This document shows, piece after piece, positions 8,599-19,844 of a stretch of DNA of 64,000 bases (positions are counted from its first letter, which is position 1; every line of letters begins with the position of its first letter). This DNA comes from Dechloromonas sp. UBA6271 (GTDB lineage Bacteria; Pseudomonadota; Gammaproteobacteria; Burkholderiales; Rhodocyclaceae), in the NCBI GenBank assembly GCA_002440665.1, contig DJUX01000005.1:78846-142845 (forward strand), in the 5' to 3' direction. Below the pieces are notes generated by a model, which was given only the letters and a program-made list of their open reading frames with translations, searched no databases and was not told where the DNA came from. The translations under genes and the position numbers were made by a program.

Positions 8599-10128
8599 GT
8601 GACTCAATCACCTCTACCCCAACAAGCGCTCATCGCCATCGTCGGCACCGGTGCCATGGGCGCCGGCATCGCCCAGGTGGCGGCTGCAGCCGGCCACCCG
8701 GTCAAGCTGCTCGACAACCGGCCCGGTGCCGCTGAAAAGGCGGTGGCCGGCATTCGCGCCCAGTTCGCGAAAATGGCCGAAAAAGGCAAGTTGACCGCAG
8801 CAGCCGCGCAAGCTGCCGGCGAGCGCCTGATTCCGGTCAGCAGCCTGACCGACCTGGCCGATGCCGCGCTGGTTACCGAAGCCATCGTCGAAAACCTGGA
8901 AGCCAAGCAGACGCTGTTCAGCGATCTCGAAGCCATCGTCGGCGCCGACTGCATCTTCGGCACCAACACCTCGTCGATCTCGGTGACCGCCATTGGCGCC
9001 GCGCTGAAGCGCCCGGAGCGCCTGGCCGGCCTGCACTTCTTCAACCCGGCGCCGCTGATGGCGCTGGTCGAGATCGTCTCCGGCCTGGCTACCGACAAGG
9101 CCGTCGCCGACACGCTGTTCGCCACCGCGACCGCGTGGGGCAAGACGGCAGTGCACGCCAAGTCGACCCCCGGTTTCATCGTAAATCGCGTCGCCCGTCC
9201 TTATTACGCCGAGGCCCTGCGCCTGGCCCAGGAAGGTGCTGCCGATTACGCCACCATCGACGCCTGCTGCCGCGAGGCCGGCGGCTTCCGCATGGGCCCG
9301 TTCGAGCTGATGGACATGATCGGCCACGACGTCAATTTCGCCGTGACCAACTCCGTCTGGCGCGCCTTCTACAATGACCAGCGCTTCCTGCCCTCGCTGA
9401 TTCAGCAGGAACTGGTCGATGCCGGCTTCTACGGCAAGAAGACGGGCCGCGGCTTCTACGACTACCGTGAGGGCGCCGTGAAGCCCGCAGCGCAAACCGA
9501 GGCAGCCCAAACCCCGACCGGCAAAATCACCGTTTTTGGCGAGTCGACCGCAGCAGATGCCCTCGTTGAACGTCTGCAACACAGCGGCCTGTCCTTCAGC
9601 CGCGCCCCCGACGTTGACGGCCGTATTGCCGAAATCGGCCGTGCCACCATTTACGTCACCGATGGCCGCAGCGCCACGCAACGCGCCGCCGAAACTAGCG
9701 TCGCCAATACCGTGCTGATCGATCTGGCGCTGGATTACAGCAAGGCCACCCGCCTCGCCATCGCCGCCGCCGAGCAGTGCGAAGCGGCCGCCGTATCGGC
9801 TGCCATCGGCCTGCTGCAGGCGGCCGGCTTCGCCGTCTCGCGCTTCCTCGACGTGCCGGGCCTGGCCGTCATGCGCACCGTCGCCATGCTGGCCAATGAG
9901 GCGGCCGATGCGGTGAACCAGGGCGTCTGTTCCGAAGCCGCCGCCGACTCGGCAATGCGCCTCGGCGTCAATTACCCCTGTGGCCCGCTGGCCTGGGCCG
10001 ACCAGGTCGGCGTCGCCGCCATCCGCGACGTGCTGGCCCATCTCGGCGCCAGCTACGGCGAGGACCGCTACCGCATATCCCCCCTGATTCAACGCGCCGT
10101 ATTTGCCGGAAGAAACATCCATGACTGA
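8599..10128 (+). CDS. paaH: 3-hydroxyadipyl-CoA dehydrogenase (long form)
   Basis: GTG 8599, then TQSPLPQQALIAIVGTGAMGAGIAQVAA (Rossmann GxGxxG). 3-hydroxyacyl-CoA dehydrogenase C-terminal repeats. Start chosen inside ORF 8365..10128 to avoid overlap with paaG. Confidence 0.85.
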   Translation: MTQSPLPQQALIAIVGTGAMGAGIAQVAAAAGHPVKLLDNRPGAAEKAVAGIRAQFAKMAEKGKLTAAAAQAAGERLIPVSSLTDLADAALVTEAIVENLEAKQTLFSDLEAIVGADCIFGTNTSSISVTAIGAALKRPERLAGLHFFNPAPLMALVEIVSGLATDKAVADTLFATATAWGKTAVHAKSTPGFIVNRVARPYYAEALRLAQEGAADYATIDACCREAGGFRMGPFELMDMIGHDVNFAVTNSVWRAFYNDQRFLPSLIQQELVDAGFYGKKTGRGFYDYREGAVKPAAQTEAAQTPTGKITVFGESTAADALVERLQHSGLSFSRAPDVDGRIAEIGRATIYVTDGRSATQRAAETSVANTVLIDLALDYSKATRLAIAAAEQCEAAAVSAAIGLLQAAGFAVSRFLDVPGLAVMRTVAMLANEAADAVNQGVCSEAAADSAMRLGVNYPCGPLAWADQVGVAAIRDVLAHLGASYGEDRYRISPLIQRAVFAGRNIHD

Positions 10129-10585
10129 ACCCAAGCTCTCCCCGGCCGAGGCGCAAGCCCTGGCCGACGCCACCGCCGAAGCGATGTATGCGCGTGACCG
10201 CGCCGCCCAGGCGCTCGGCCTGAAAATCGTCCGCGTCCAGCCCGGCAAGTCGCTGCTGACCATGACCGTGCGTTCCGACATGGTCAATGGCCACCACATC
10301 TGCCATGGCGGCATGATCTTCAGCCTGGCCGATACTGCCTTCGCCTACGCCTGCAACAGCTATAACAAGAACACGGTAGCCTCGGCCTGCCATATCGACT
10401 TTCTGGCCCCGGCCAAGGAAGGCGAGACGCTGGAAGCCGAAGCCGTCGAACAATCCGCCTCCGGACGCACCGGCGTGTACGACATCACTGTGCGCACCAC
10501 ACACGGCAAGACCATCGCCCTGTTCCGGGGCAAGAGTTATCGCATCAATGGCGAAGTCATCGCCGGACTGCAACAGGCTGCCTGA
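10121..10585 (+). CDS. paaI: Hotdog-fold phenylacetyl-CoA thioesterase
   Basis: ..NGHHICHGGMIFSLADTAFAYACN.., the PaaI signature. ATGA overlap with the paaH stop. Confidence 0.88.
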   Translation: MTEPKLSPAEAQALADATAEAMYARDRAAQALGLKIVRVQPGKSLLTMTVRSDMVNGHHICHGGMIFSLADTAFAYACNSYNKNTVASACHIDFLAPAKEGETLEAEAVEQSASGRTGVYDITVRTTHGKTIALFRGKSYRINGEVIAGLQQAA

Positions 10586-10613
10586 GCCACCCATCACAAC
10601 AGAGGAGACATCC

Positions 10614-11939
10614 ATGACCGTAAAGAAACCCCTGCCCGGCGACCTCGATCCAATCGAAACCGCCAGCCGCGACGAGATTTCCGCGTTGCAGCTCGACCGC
10701 CTGAAATGGTCGGTGCGCCACACCTACGACAACGTCGAACCGTACCGCAAAAAGTGTCTCGCCAAGGGCGTGCATCCGGACGACCTGAAGTGCCTGGCCG
10801 ACCTGAGCAAGTTCCCGTTCATGACCAAGCTCGACCTGCGCGACCACTACCCGTTCGGTCTCTTCGCCGTGCCGCGCACCAAGCTGGCCCGCGTGCACGC
10901 TTCTTCCGGCACGACCGGCAAGTCGGTGGTCGTCGGCTACACGAAGAACGACATCGACAACTGGTCTGATGTCCTGGCCCGCTCGCTGCGTGCCGCCGGC
11001 GTTCGTGCTGGCGACATGGTGCACAATGCCTACGGCTACGGCATGTTCACCGGTGGCCTCGGCGCCCATTACGGCATCGAGCGCGCCGACTGCTGCGCCG
11101 TGCCGATGTCCGGCGGCCAGACCGAAAAGCAGGTCCAGCAGATCATGGACTTCAAGCCGGAGGCGATCATGGTTACGCCGTCCTACTCGCTGGTGATTGC
11201 CGAAGAGTTCGAGCGTCAGGGCATCAAGCCGGAAGACATCTCGCTGAAGGTCGGCATCTTTGGCGCCGAGCCGTGGGGTGAAGGCATGCGCGGTGAAATC
11301 GAGCGTAAGCTCGGCATCGACGCCATCGACATCTACGGCCTGACCGAAGTCATGGGCCCCGGCGTCGCCTGCGAGTGTATCGAGACCAAGGACGGCCCGG
11401 TGATATGGGAAGACCATTTCTACCCCGAAATCATCGACCCGGAAACCGGCGAAGTCCTGCCCGACGGTGAAGAAGGCGAACTGGTGTTCACCTCGCTGAC
11501 CAAGGAAGCCTTCCCGGTCATCCGCTACCGCACCCGCGACCTGACCCGCCTGCTGGCGCCGACCGCCCGCTCTTTCCGCCGCATCGGCAAGATCACCGGC
11601 CGTTCCGACGACATGCTGATCATCCGCGGCGTCAATGTCTTCCCGACCCAGATCGAGGAACAGATCCTGCGCGACAAGCGCCTGGCCGGCAACTACCAGG
11701 TGGTCGTCACCCGCGACGGCCACCTCGACAACGTCGAAGTCCGCTGCGAACTGCAACACGCCCTTTCCGGCAAGCTCAGCCCCGTGGAAATCCAGGCGAT
11801 CGCCAAGGAACTGCAGCACCACATCAAGACGATCATCGGCATCTCGACCAAGATTACCGTCATGGAGCATGACTCCATTCCGCGCACCCTGACCGGCAAG
11901 GCCAAGCGTGTGCTCGACGAACGCCCGGTGCAGAACTGA
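10614..11939 (+). CDS. paaK: Phenylacetate-CoA ligase
   Basis: ..ETASRDEISALQLDRLKWSVRHTYDNVEPYRKKC..ARVHASSGTTGKSVVVGYT (AMP-binding P-loop). GAGGAGA RBS before ATG 10614. Confidence 0.92.
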   Translation: MTVKKPLPGDLDPIETASRDEISALQLDRLKWSVRHTYDNVEPYRKKCLAKGVHPDDLKCLADLSKFPFMTKLDLRDHYPFGLFAVPRTKLARVHASSGTTGKSVVVGYTKNDIDNWSDVLARSLRAAGVRAGDMVHNAYGYGMFTGGLGAHYGIERADCCAVPMSGGQTEKQVQQIMDFKPEAIMVTPSYSLVIAEEFERQGIKPEDISLKVGIFGAEPWGEGMRGEIERKLGIDAIDIYGLTEVMGPGVACECIETKDGPVIWEDHFYPEIIDPETGEVLPDGEEGELVFTSLTKEAFPVIRYRTRDLTRLLAPTARSFRRIGKITGRSDDMLIIRGVNVFPTQIEEQILRDKRLAGNYQVVVTRDGHLDNVEVRCELQHALSGKLSPVEIQAIAKELQHHIKTIIGISTKITVMEHDSIPRTLTGKAKRVLDERPVQN

Positions 11940-11943
11940 GGAT

Positions 11944-13155
11944 ATGACCATGAATGAAGCTTTTATCTGTGACGCCATCCGCACCCCGATCGGCCGCTAC
12001 GGCGGCGCTTTGGCCGGCGTCCGTGCCGACGACCTCGGCGCCGTCCCGCTCAAGGCGTTGATGGAACGCAATCCGCAGGTCGACTGGACGGCCGTCGAAG
12101 ACATCATCTACGGCTGCGCCAACCAGGCCGGCGAAGACAACCGCAACGTCGCCCGCATGTCCGGCCTGCTGGCCGGCCTGCCGATCGAGGTACCGGGAAC
12201 GACGATCAACCGTCTGTGCGGTTCCGGCATGGACGCCATCGGAATGGCGGCCCGTTCGATCAAGTCCGGCGAAACCGAGCTGATGATCGCCGGCGGCGTT
12301 GAAAGCATGTCGCGTGCACCGTTCGTGATGGGCAAGGCGGAAAGCGCCTTCTCGCGCAGCGCGGCGATCTACGATACGACCATCGGCTGGCGTTTCCCCA
12401 ACCCGGCGATGAAGAAGCTGTACGACACGCATTCGATGCCGCAGACGGCCGACAATGTTGCCGAGCAATTCAATATCAGCCGGGCCGATCAGGACGCTTT
12501 CGCCGTCCGCTCGCAACAGCGCTGGGCAGCAGCCAATGCGGCCGGCCGCTTCAAGGACGAAATTGTGCCGGTGATCATTCCGAAGAAAAAGGGTGATCCC
12601 GTCGTCGTTGATACCGACGAGCACCCGCGTCCGGAAACGACGCTGGAGATGCTGGCCAAGCTCAAAGGCGTGAATGGCCCGGAACTCAGCGTCACCGCCG
12701 GCAACGCTTCCGGTGTCAATGACGGTGCCTGCGCCGTGCTGCTCGCCTCCGGCGCCGCCGCCAGCCAGTATGGCCTGAAGCCGCTCGCCCGCGTCGTCGG
12801 CATGGCCACCGCCGGCGTGCTGCCGCGCATCATGGGCTTCGGCCCGGCCCCGGCGGTGCGCAAGGTGCTGGCCAAGACCGGCCTGACACTGGCCCAGATG
12901 GACGTCATCGAACTGAACGAAGCCTTTGCCGCACAAGGCCTGGCGGTATTGCGCGACCTCGGGCTGGCCGACGATGCCGCCCACATCAATCCCAACGGTG
13001 GCGCCATCGCCATGGGCCACCCGCTCGGCATGAGCGGCGCCCGTCTGGTGACCACCGCCGCCTATGAACTCAAACGCCGTGGCGGCCGCTACGCCCTGTG
13101 CACCATGTGTATTGGTGTCGGGCAAGGCATCGCCATGGTGATCGAGCGTGTTTGA
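11944..13155 (+). CDS. paaJ: 3-oxoadipyl-CoA / 3-oxo-5,6-dehydrosuberyl-CoA thiolase
   Basis: MTMNEAFICDAIRTPIGRYGG..NRLCGSGMDA (active-site Cys)..GGAIAMGHPLGMSGARL..LCTMCIGVGQG. Confidence 0.92.
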   Translation: MTMNEAFICDAIRTPIGRYGGALAGVRADDLGAVPLKALMERNPQVDWTAVEDIIYGCANQAGEDNRNVARMSGLLAGLPIEVPGTTINRLCGSGMDAIGMAARSIKSGETELMIAGGVESMSRAPFVMGKAESAFSRSAAIYDTTIGWRFPNPAMKKLYDTHSMPQTADNVAEQFNISRADQDAFAVRSQQRWAAANAAGRFKDEIVPVIIPKKKGDPVVVDTDEHPRPETTLEMLAKLKGVNGPELSVTAGNASGVNDGACAVLLASGAAASQYGLKPLARVVGMATAGVLPRIMGFGPAPAVRKVLAKTGLTLAQMDVIELNEAFAAQGLAVLRDLGLADDAAHINPNGGAIAMGHPLGMSGARLVTTAAYELKRRGGRYALCTMCIGVGQGIAMVIERV

Positions 13156-13194
13156 CCGCATTTTTGACCAATACCTAACGGAGGAGACAAACTT

Positions 13195-14340
13195 ATGAAC
13201 TTCAAGATTAAAAAGCTCGTTGCCGGCGCCACACTGGTCCTCGGAGCCTTTGCCGCAACGGCTGCCGACCCGATCAAGATCGGCTCCGTGCTGTCGGTCA
13301 CCGGCCCCGCCGCCTTCCTCGGCGACCCGGAACTGAAGACGCTGCAGTTGTACGTCGATGACATCAACAAGAAGGGCGGCGTCATCGGCCGGCCTCTGCA
13401 GTTGGTTCATTACGACGACGGCAGCGACGCCAACAAGGCCAACAGCTTCGCCAAGCGCCTGATTGACGACGACAAGGTCGACATCCTGGTTGGCGGCACG
13501 ACCACCGGCGCCACCATGTCGATGGTGCCGCTGGCTGAAAAATCCGGCACGCCCTTCGTCTCGCTGGCCGGCGCCGTGGTCATCACCGAACCGGTCAAGA
13601 AGCACGTCTTCAAGACCCCGCACACCGACCGCATGGCCGCCGAGAAGGTCTTCGAAGACATGAAGAAGCGTGGCATCACCAAGGTCGCCCTGCTCTCCGA
13701 GACCTCGGGCTTCGGCGCTTCCGGCAAGAAGGAAACCGAGGGCGTCGCCGCCAAGTACGGTATCACGCTGGTGGCCAACGAGACCTACGGGCCGAAGGAC
13801 ACCGACATGAGCCCGCAGCTGACCAAGATCAAGGGCACGCCGGGCGTCCAGGCGGTGTTCGTTTTCGGTCTTGGCCAGGGCCCGGCGATCGTCACCAAGA
13901 ACTACAAGCAACTGGGCATCACGCTGCCGCTCTACCAGTCGCACGGTGTCGCTTCCGACGAATTCCTGAAGCTGGCCGGCCCGGCTGCCGAAGGCGTCCG
14001 TCTGCCCTCCCCGGCCCAGCTGATCCCGACCAAGCTGCCAGCCAACGACCCCCAGAAGCCGGTCGTCACGGCCTATGAAAACGCTTACAAGGCCGCCTAC
14101 AAGCAGGACGTCTCGACCTTCGGCGGCTATGCCTACGATGGCCTGATGCTTGCGGTCGACGCCATAAAACGGGCCAATTCCACCGACAAGGCCAAGGTCC
14201 GCGACGCGCTCGAAGCAACCAAGGGCTTCGTCGGAACCAGCGGCACCTTCAACATGTCGCCAACCGACCACATGGGCCTCGACCTCTCCGCCTTCCGCAT
14301 GCTGGAAATCAAGGGCGGCCAGTGGACGATCGCCCAGTAA
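13195..14340 (+). CDS. Periplasmic solute-binding protein, LivK/Leu-Ile-Val-binding family (type I PBP), embedded in the paa cluster
   Basis: Signal peptide MNFKIKKLVAGATLVLGAFAATAADPIKIG, followed by a typical ..LSVTGPAAFLGDPE..VDILVGGTTTG.. PBP1 pattern. Confidence 0.85.
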   Translation: MNFKIKKLVAGATLVLGAFAATAADPIKIGSVLSVTGPAAFLGDPELKTLQLYVDDINKKGGVIGRPLQLVHYDDGSDANKANSFAKRLIDDDKVDILVGGTTTGATMSMVPLAEKSGTPFVSLAGAVVITEPVKKHVFKTPHTDRMAAEKVFEDMKKRGITKVALLSETSGFGASGKKETEGVAAKYGITLVANETYGPKDTDMSPQLTKIKGTPGVQAVFVFGLGQGPAIVTKNYKQLGITLPLYQSHGVASDEFLKLAGPAAEGVRLPSPAQLIPTKLPANDPQKPVVTAYENAYKAAYKQDVSTFGGYAYDGLMLAVDAIKRANSTDKAKVRDALEATKGFVGTSGTFNMSPTDHMGLDLSAFRMLEIKGGQWTIAQ

Positions 14341-14417
14341 TCATGCCGACCACGGATGACCGCCTTTCGGCGGTCATCTGAGACCAGCATATTTTCTCTT
14401 CTAACGGAGACATCAAC

Positions 14418-15427
<1,010 letters not shown>

Positions 15428-15431
<4 letters not shown>

Positions 15432-15721
15432 CTACCGCATTGAAAGAATGGCCGCTCTGGGAAGTTTTCGTCCGCAGCAAGCAGGGCCTAGAGCATAAAC
15501 ACTGCGGCAGCCTGCACGCTGCCGATGCCGCCCAGGCACTGGACATGGCGCGCGACGTCTATACCCGCCGCCAGGAAGGCGTCAGCATCTGGGTCGTGCC
15601 GTCCGCCCAGATCACCGCCAGCAACCCGGATGAGAAGGGCGAATTGTTCGACCCGGCGGCCGACAAGATCTATCGCCACCCGACCTTCTACGAGATCCCG
15701 GACGAAGTGGGGCACATGTAA
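15428..15721 (+). CDS. paaB: 1,2-phenylacetyl-CoA epoxidase subunit B
   Basis: [31 protein letters not shown].. is the canonical PaaB. ATGA overlap with paaA. Confidence 0.93.
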
Positions 15722-16503
15722 TGAGCACCGCCACCGATTATCTCCTCCACCTCGCCGACAATGCCCTGGTCCTCGGCCAGCGCAATGCCGAATGGTGTGG
15801 CCACGGGCCGATCCTCGAAGAGGACATCGCGCTCTCCAATGTCAGCCTCGACCTGATCGGCCAGGCCCGCCTGCTCTACCAGTTGGTCGCTTCCCTCCAG
15901 GGTGGCGATGCAACGGAAGACAAGCTGGCCTACTTCCGCGATACCGGTGAGTTCCGCAACTACACGTTGCTCGAACTGCCGCATTCCGGGCCGCTCTCGG
16001 GCTACGCCCACGCCAGCCTCGACTACGGCACAACCATCGTCCGCAATTTCCTGTACAGCGCCCTGATGGCCCTGCTCTGGGAAGCCCTGGAAAAGTCGGC
16101 CAATGCCGATCTGGCGGCGATTGCCAGCAAGTCGCTCAAGGAAGTGCGCTATCACCTGCGCCATTCCCGCGACTGGCTGGTGCGTCTCGGCGATGGCACC
16201 GATGAGTCGCATGCCCGGACCCAGGCCGCGCTCGATCACCTGATGCCCTACACCCAGGAATTCTGGACCGGCAGCCCGGCTGAAGCGGCCGCTTTCGCGG
16301 CCGGTATCGGCGTCGATCTGCAGACGCTCAAGGCCGACTGGGATGGCATCGTCGATGGAGCCCTGACTGAAGCGACGCTCAAGCGTCCGCTGCTCGAAGG
16401 CTATGTCAGCGAGGGCAAGAAAGGCCTGCACTCGGAGCATCTAGGCTTCCTGCTCGCCGAAATGCAGAGCCTCGCCCGCGCCCATCCGAACGGAAACTGG
16501 TGA
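15721..16503 (+). CDS. paaC: 1,2-phenylacetyl-CoA epoxidase subunit C
   Basis: ..LLHLADNALVLGQRNAEWCGHGPILEEDIALSNVSLDLIGQAR.., with TAATG overlap with paaB. Confidence 0.9.
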   Translation: MSTATDYLLHLADNALVLGQRNAEWCGHGPILEEDIALSNVSLDLIGQARLLYQLVASLQGGDATEDKLAYFRDTGEFRNYTLLELPHSGPLSGYAHASLDYGTTIVRNFLYSALMALLWEALEKSANADLAAIASKSLKEVRYHLRHSRDWLVRLGDGTDESHARTQAALDHLMPYTQEFWTGSPAEAAAFAAGIGVDLQTLKADWDGIVDGALTEATLKRPLLEGYVSEGKKGLHSEHLGFLLAEMQSLARAHPNGNW

Positions 16504-16507
16504 CGCC

Positions 16508-17008
16508 ATGACGACGAGCATCGAGGAAACCTGGGCGGCGCTGGCGGATCTGGCCGACCCGGAAATCCCGGTCATCTCCCTGCGCGATCTCGGCATCCTG
16601 CGCGATGTTCGAGCCGGCGCAGAGGGGCTGGAGGTGGTCATCACGCCCACCTACAGCGGCTGCCCGGCGATGAGCCAGATCGAGGACGACATCCGGTCGA
16701 CCCTGAAAAACAAGGGAATTTCGGCGCGCGTCGTCACCCAACTGGCCCCGGCGTGGACCACCGACTGGATGACCGAATCCGGCAAGGAGAAGCTGCGTGC
16801 CTACGGCATCGCCCCGCCGCACCAGACACCTGCCGCGCACAATGTCGTGCGTTTCATTTCCCGCCCGGCCAAGGCCGAGGCCGTACCCTGCCCGCACTGC
16901 GGATCCAGCAACACGGTCGTCTCTTCACAATTTGGATCGACAGCCTGCAAGGCACTCTACAAGTGCCAGGATTGCCAGGAACCGTTCGATTATTTCAAGC
17001 CCTATTAG
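16508..17008 (+). CDS. paaD: Phenylacetate degradation protein PaaD (Fe-S assembly SufT-like / DUF59 plus C-terminal Cys cluster)
   Basis: ..DPEIPVISLRDLGILRDV..TPTYSGCPAM.. and C-terminal CPHCGS..CKALYKCQDC. Confidence 0.9.
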   Translation: MTTSIEETWAALADLADPEIPVISLRDLGILRDVRAGAEGLEVVITPTYSGCPAMSQIEDDIRSTLKNKGISARVVTQLAPAWTTDWMTESGKEKLRAYGIAPPHQTPAAHNVVRFISRPAKAEAVPCPHCGSSNTVVSSQFGSTACKALYKCQDCQEPFDYFKPY

Positions 17009-17029
17009 CCCTTACCGGAGCCCCAAGAT

Positions 17030-18127
17030 ATGTCTGCTCTCCGCTTTCATGAACTCACCGTCAAGCGTGTCAGCCCCGAAGCGGCCGGCTCGGTGGCGGT
17101 CACCTTTGCCATCCCGACCGACGCCCGGGATACTTTCAAATTTCAGCCTGGCCAGTTCCTCACCCTGCGCGCCAAGGTCAATGGCGAAGAAGTCCGCCGC
17201 ACCTATTCGATCAGCAGCCCGCGCAGCCGCCTGGCCAGCGCCGGCGAACTGGAGATCGGCATCCGTCCGGTCGAAGGCGGTGTTTTTTCCAACTGGGCAG
17301 CGCAAACGCTGAAGGCCGGCGACAAGCTGGACGTCATGCCGCCGGACGGCCGCTTCGTCGTCAAGAAGCAGCGCGCCATTCACCGCGTTGGCTTCGCTGC
17401 CGGTTCGGGCATCACGCCCATCCTGTCGATCGCTGCCACGACGCTGGAAGAGCAGCCGGAATCGAAATTCACCCTGGTCTACGGCAACCGCCGCATGTCC
17501 AGCGTGATGTTCAACGAAGCGCTGCAGGATCTCAAGGATCGCTACCGCGACCGCCTGACGCTGATCCACATCCTCTCCCGCCAGGCGCAGGAAGTCGACC
17601 TGCTGCAGGGCCGCATTGACGGCAACAAGGTCAATGCGGTGATCAAGGCCCTGTTACCGGTGGGCAGCATGGACGAAGTCTTCATCTGCGGGCCGGAAGC
17701 GATGATCGAGGCGACCGAAAAAGCCCTGATCGAAGCCGGCGTGCCGGAAAGCCGCGTCTATACCGAGCGCTTTACCTCCGGGCCGGCCCAGGCCGCCAAG
17801 ATCCAGGCCGATACCGATGCGGCACCGACCAAGCAGCAGGCGGCGAAGGATATCACCCTGACTGTCGTCCTCGATGGCAAGGAGCACGAGCTCCAGATCG
17901 GCGCCGACGAGCATGTGCTGGATGCGGCTCTCAATGCCGGCCTCGACCTGCCCTTCTCGTGCAAGGCCGGCGTCTGCTGCACCTGCCGCGCCAAGGTGAT
18001 GTGCGGCGAGGTGGTGATGGACAAGAACTACACGCTGGAAAGCGATGAAATGGCGCAGGGCTATGTTCTCAGTTGCCAGGCGCGTGCCACGACCAAGCAA
18101 CTGACCGTCAGCTTCGACGAGCGCTGA
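17030..18127 (+). CDS. paaE: 1,2-phenylacetyl-CoA epoxidase reductase subunit (FNR-like N-terminus, [2Fe-2S] C-terminus)
   Basis: RTYSISS flavin motif, [13 protein letters not shown] motif, C-terminal [17 protein letters not shown] ferredoxin motif. Confidence 0.92.
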   Translation: MSALRFHELTVKRVSPEAAGSVAVTFAIPTDARDTFKFQPGQFLTLRAKVNGEEVRRTYSISSPRSRLASAGELEIGIRPVEGGVFSNWAAQTLKAGDKLDVMPPDGRFVVKKQRAIHRVGFAAGSGITPILSIAATTLEEQPESKFTLVYGNRRMSSVMFNEALQDLKDRYRDRLTLIHILSRQAQEVDLLQGRIDGNKVNAVIKALLPVGSMDEVFICGPEAMIEATEKALIEAGVPESRVYTERFTSGPAQAAKIQADTDAAPTKQQAAKDITLTVVLDGKEHELQIGADEHVLDAALNAGLDLPFSCKAGVCCTCRAKVMCGEVVMDKNYTLESDEMAQGYVLSCQARATTKQLTVSFDER

Positions 18128-18209
18128 GCGCAGGTCCCACCAGAAATCATTCGACTTGGGCCGCCGGGGCATTCATTCCCCAGAGCGGCCATTTTTTTGG
18201 AGACAAGAC

Positions 18210-18983
18210 ATGACCCAAGTAGTCCTCACCGAAACCATCGGCAAGGTCGGCCTGATCCGCATCAACCGGCCGGAAGCGCTGAATGCGCTGAACAACGAGG
18301 TCGTCGACGGCATCGGTGCCGCCATTGATGCCTTCGAAGCCGACGAAGCCATCGGCTGCATCGTCATCACCGGCAACGAGAAAGCCTTCGCCGCGGGAGC
18401 CGACATCGGCTTCATGAAGGATTTCGATTACATGCATGCCTACAAGACCGACTTCATCACCCGCAACTGGGAGCGCATCAAGACCACCCGCAAGCCGGTG
18501 ATCGCCGCTGTCGCCGGTTTTGCCCTCGGGGGCGGCTGCGAAATGGCGATGATGTGCGACATGATCTATGCCGCCGATACAGCCAAATTCGGCCAGCCGG
18601 AAATCAAGCTCGGCACCCTGCCCGGCGCCGGCGGCACGCAAAGATTGCCACGCGCGGTGGGCAAGGCCAAGGCGATGGACCTGTGCCTGACGGCGCGCAT
18701 GATGGATGCCGTTGAAGCCGAGAAAGCCGGCCTGGTCGCCCGCGTCATCCCGGCCGATCAACTTCTTGAGGAAACCCTGAAGGCCGCCGCCGTGATTTCC
18801 GGCTTCTCGCTGCCGGTGGTGATGATGATCAAGGAATCGGTCAATCGCGCCTTCGAGTCGTCGCTGAACGAAGGATTGCTGTTCGAGCGCCGCGTCTTCC
18901 ATTCAGCCTTCGCCCTCGAAGACCAGAAGGAAGGCATGGCCGCCTTCGCAGGCAAGCGCAAACCAAGCTTCAAGAACCGCTGA
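18210..18983 (+). CDS. paaF: 2,3-dehydroadipyl-CoA hydratase (crotonase)
   Basis: ..[45 protein letters not shown]... GGAGA RBS before ATG 18210. Confidence 0.88.
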   Translation: MTQVVLTETIGKVGLIRINRPEALNALNNEVVDGIGAAIDAFEADEAIGCIVITGNEKAFAAGADIGFMKDFDYMHAYKTDFITRNWERIKTTRKPVIAAVAGFALGGGCEMAMMCDMIYAADTAKFGQPEIKLGTLPGAGGTQRLPRAVGKAKAMDLCLTARMMDAVEAEKAGLVARVIPADQLLEETLKAAAVISGFSLPVVMMIKESVNRAFESSLNEGLLFERRVFHSAFALEDQKEGMAAFAGKRKPSFKNR

Positions 18984-18991
18984 GAACCATC

Positions 18992-19774
18992 ATGTACGAA
19001 ACCCTCGAAATCGAACGCGCCGGCAAGGTTGCTACCATCTGGATGAACCGCCCGGCCGTCTTTAACGCCTTCGACGAACAACTGATCGCCGAACTCGACG
19101 CCGCCTGCCGCGAACTCGACGCCGACCCGGCGGTACGCATCGTCGTCCTCGGCGGCCGCGGCAAACATTTCTCCGCCGGCGCCGACCTCAACTGGATGAA
19201 ACGAGCCTCGCAGTTCACCCACGAGCAGAACGTCGACGACGCCCGCAAGTTCGCCGGCATGCTGCGCACCCTGGCGCAGATGAGCAAGCCAACCATCGCC
19301 CGCGTTCAAGGCGCGGCACTCGGCGGCGGCACCGGCCTCACCGCCGCCTGCGACATGGCGGTGGCCAGCAGCGATGCGGCATTTTCCACCTCGGAAGTGA
19401 AGTTCGGCATCATCCCGTCGGCGATCAGCCCCTACGTGCTGCGCGCCATCGGCCCGCGCCACGCGCTGCGCTATTTCCAGAGTGGCGAACGGATCAGCGC
19501 CGAGCGGGCACTGGCCATCGGCCTGGTCGGCGATGTCGTCGCACTGGAAGAACTGGATGCCTGTGTCGGCAAACTGGCCGAAGCGCTGCTGCAAGGCGGT
19601 CCGCTGGCGCAGAAGGCGGCCAAGGACCTGATAGCTGCGGTCGACGGGCAAAAAATCGACGAAATCATCAGCGAGGAAACGGCGCAGCGCATTGCCCGCC
19701 AGCGGGCGACCGACGAAGCCAGGGATGGAATAGCATCCTTCCTTGAAAAGCGCACCCCCGCCTGGTTGCGCTAA
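18992..19774 (+). CDS. Additional enoyl-CoA hydratase/isomerase family protein (methylglutaconyl-CoA-hydratase-like)
   Basis: ..IWMNRPAVFNAFDEQL..GRGKHFSAGADLNWM..GAALGGGTGLTAACD.., crotonase fold. Confidence 0.85.
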   Translation: MYETLEIERAGKVATIWMNRPAVFNAFDEQLIAELDAACRELDADPAVRIVVLGGRGKHFSAGADLNWMKRASQFTHEQNVDDARKFAGMLRTLAQMSKPTIARVQGAALGGGTGLTAACDMAVASSDAAFSTSEVKFGIIPSAISPYVLRAIGPRHALRYFQSGERISAERALAIGLVGDVVALEELDACVGKLAEALLQGGPLAQKAAKDLIAAVDGQKIDEIISEETAQRIARQRATDEARDGIASFLEKRTPAWLR

Positions 19775-19844
19775 AAAACTGGCCGGCCGGAGGAGTCAAC
19801 TTGACGCCTCCGGCGTCCAACCACCAATCTCAGGAAAACCACCC

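Noticed and set aside
11860-14271. 803-aa minus-strand ORF spanning paaJ and the binding-protein gene. Similar long shadows occur at 8614-10314, 10557-11984, 39710-41722, 14133-15404, 23620-25293, 25679-26965 and 58155-58973.
   Set aside because: All are antisense or out of frame relative to genes with clear family motifs. Their compositions are Arg/Gly/Ala/Asp-rich, as expected for GC-rich non-coding frames.
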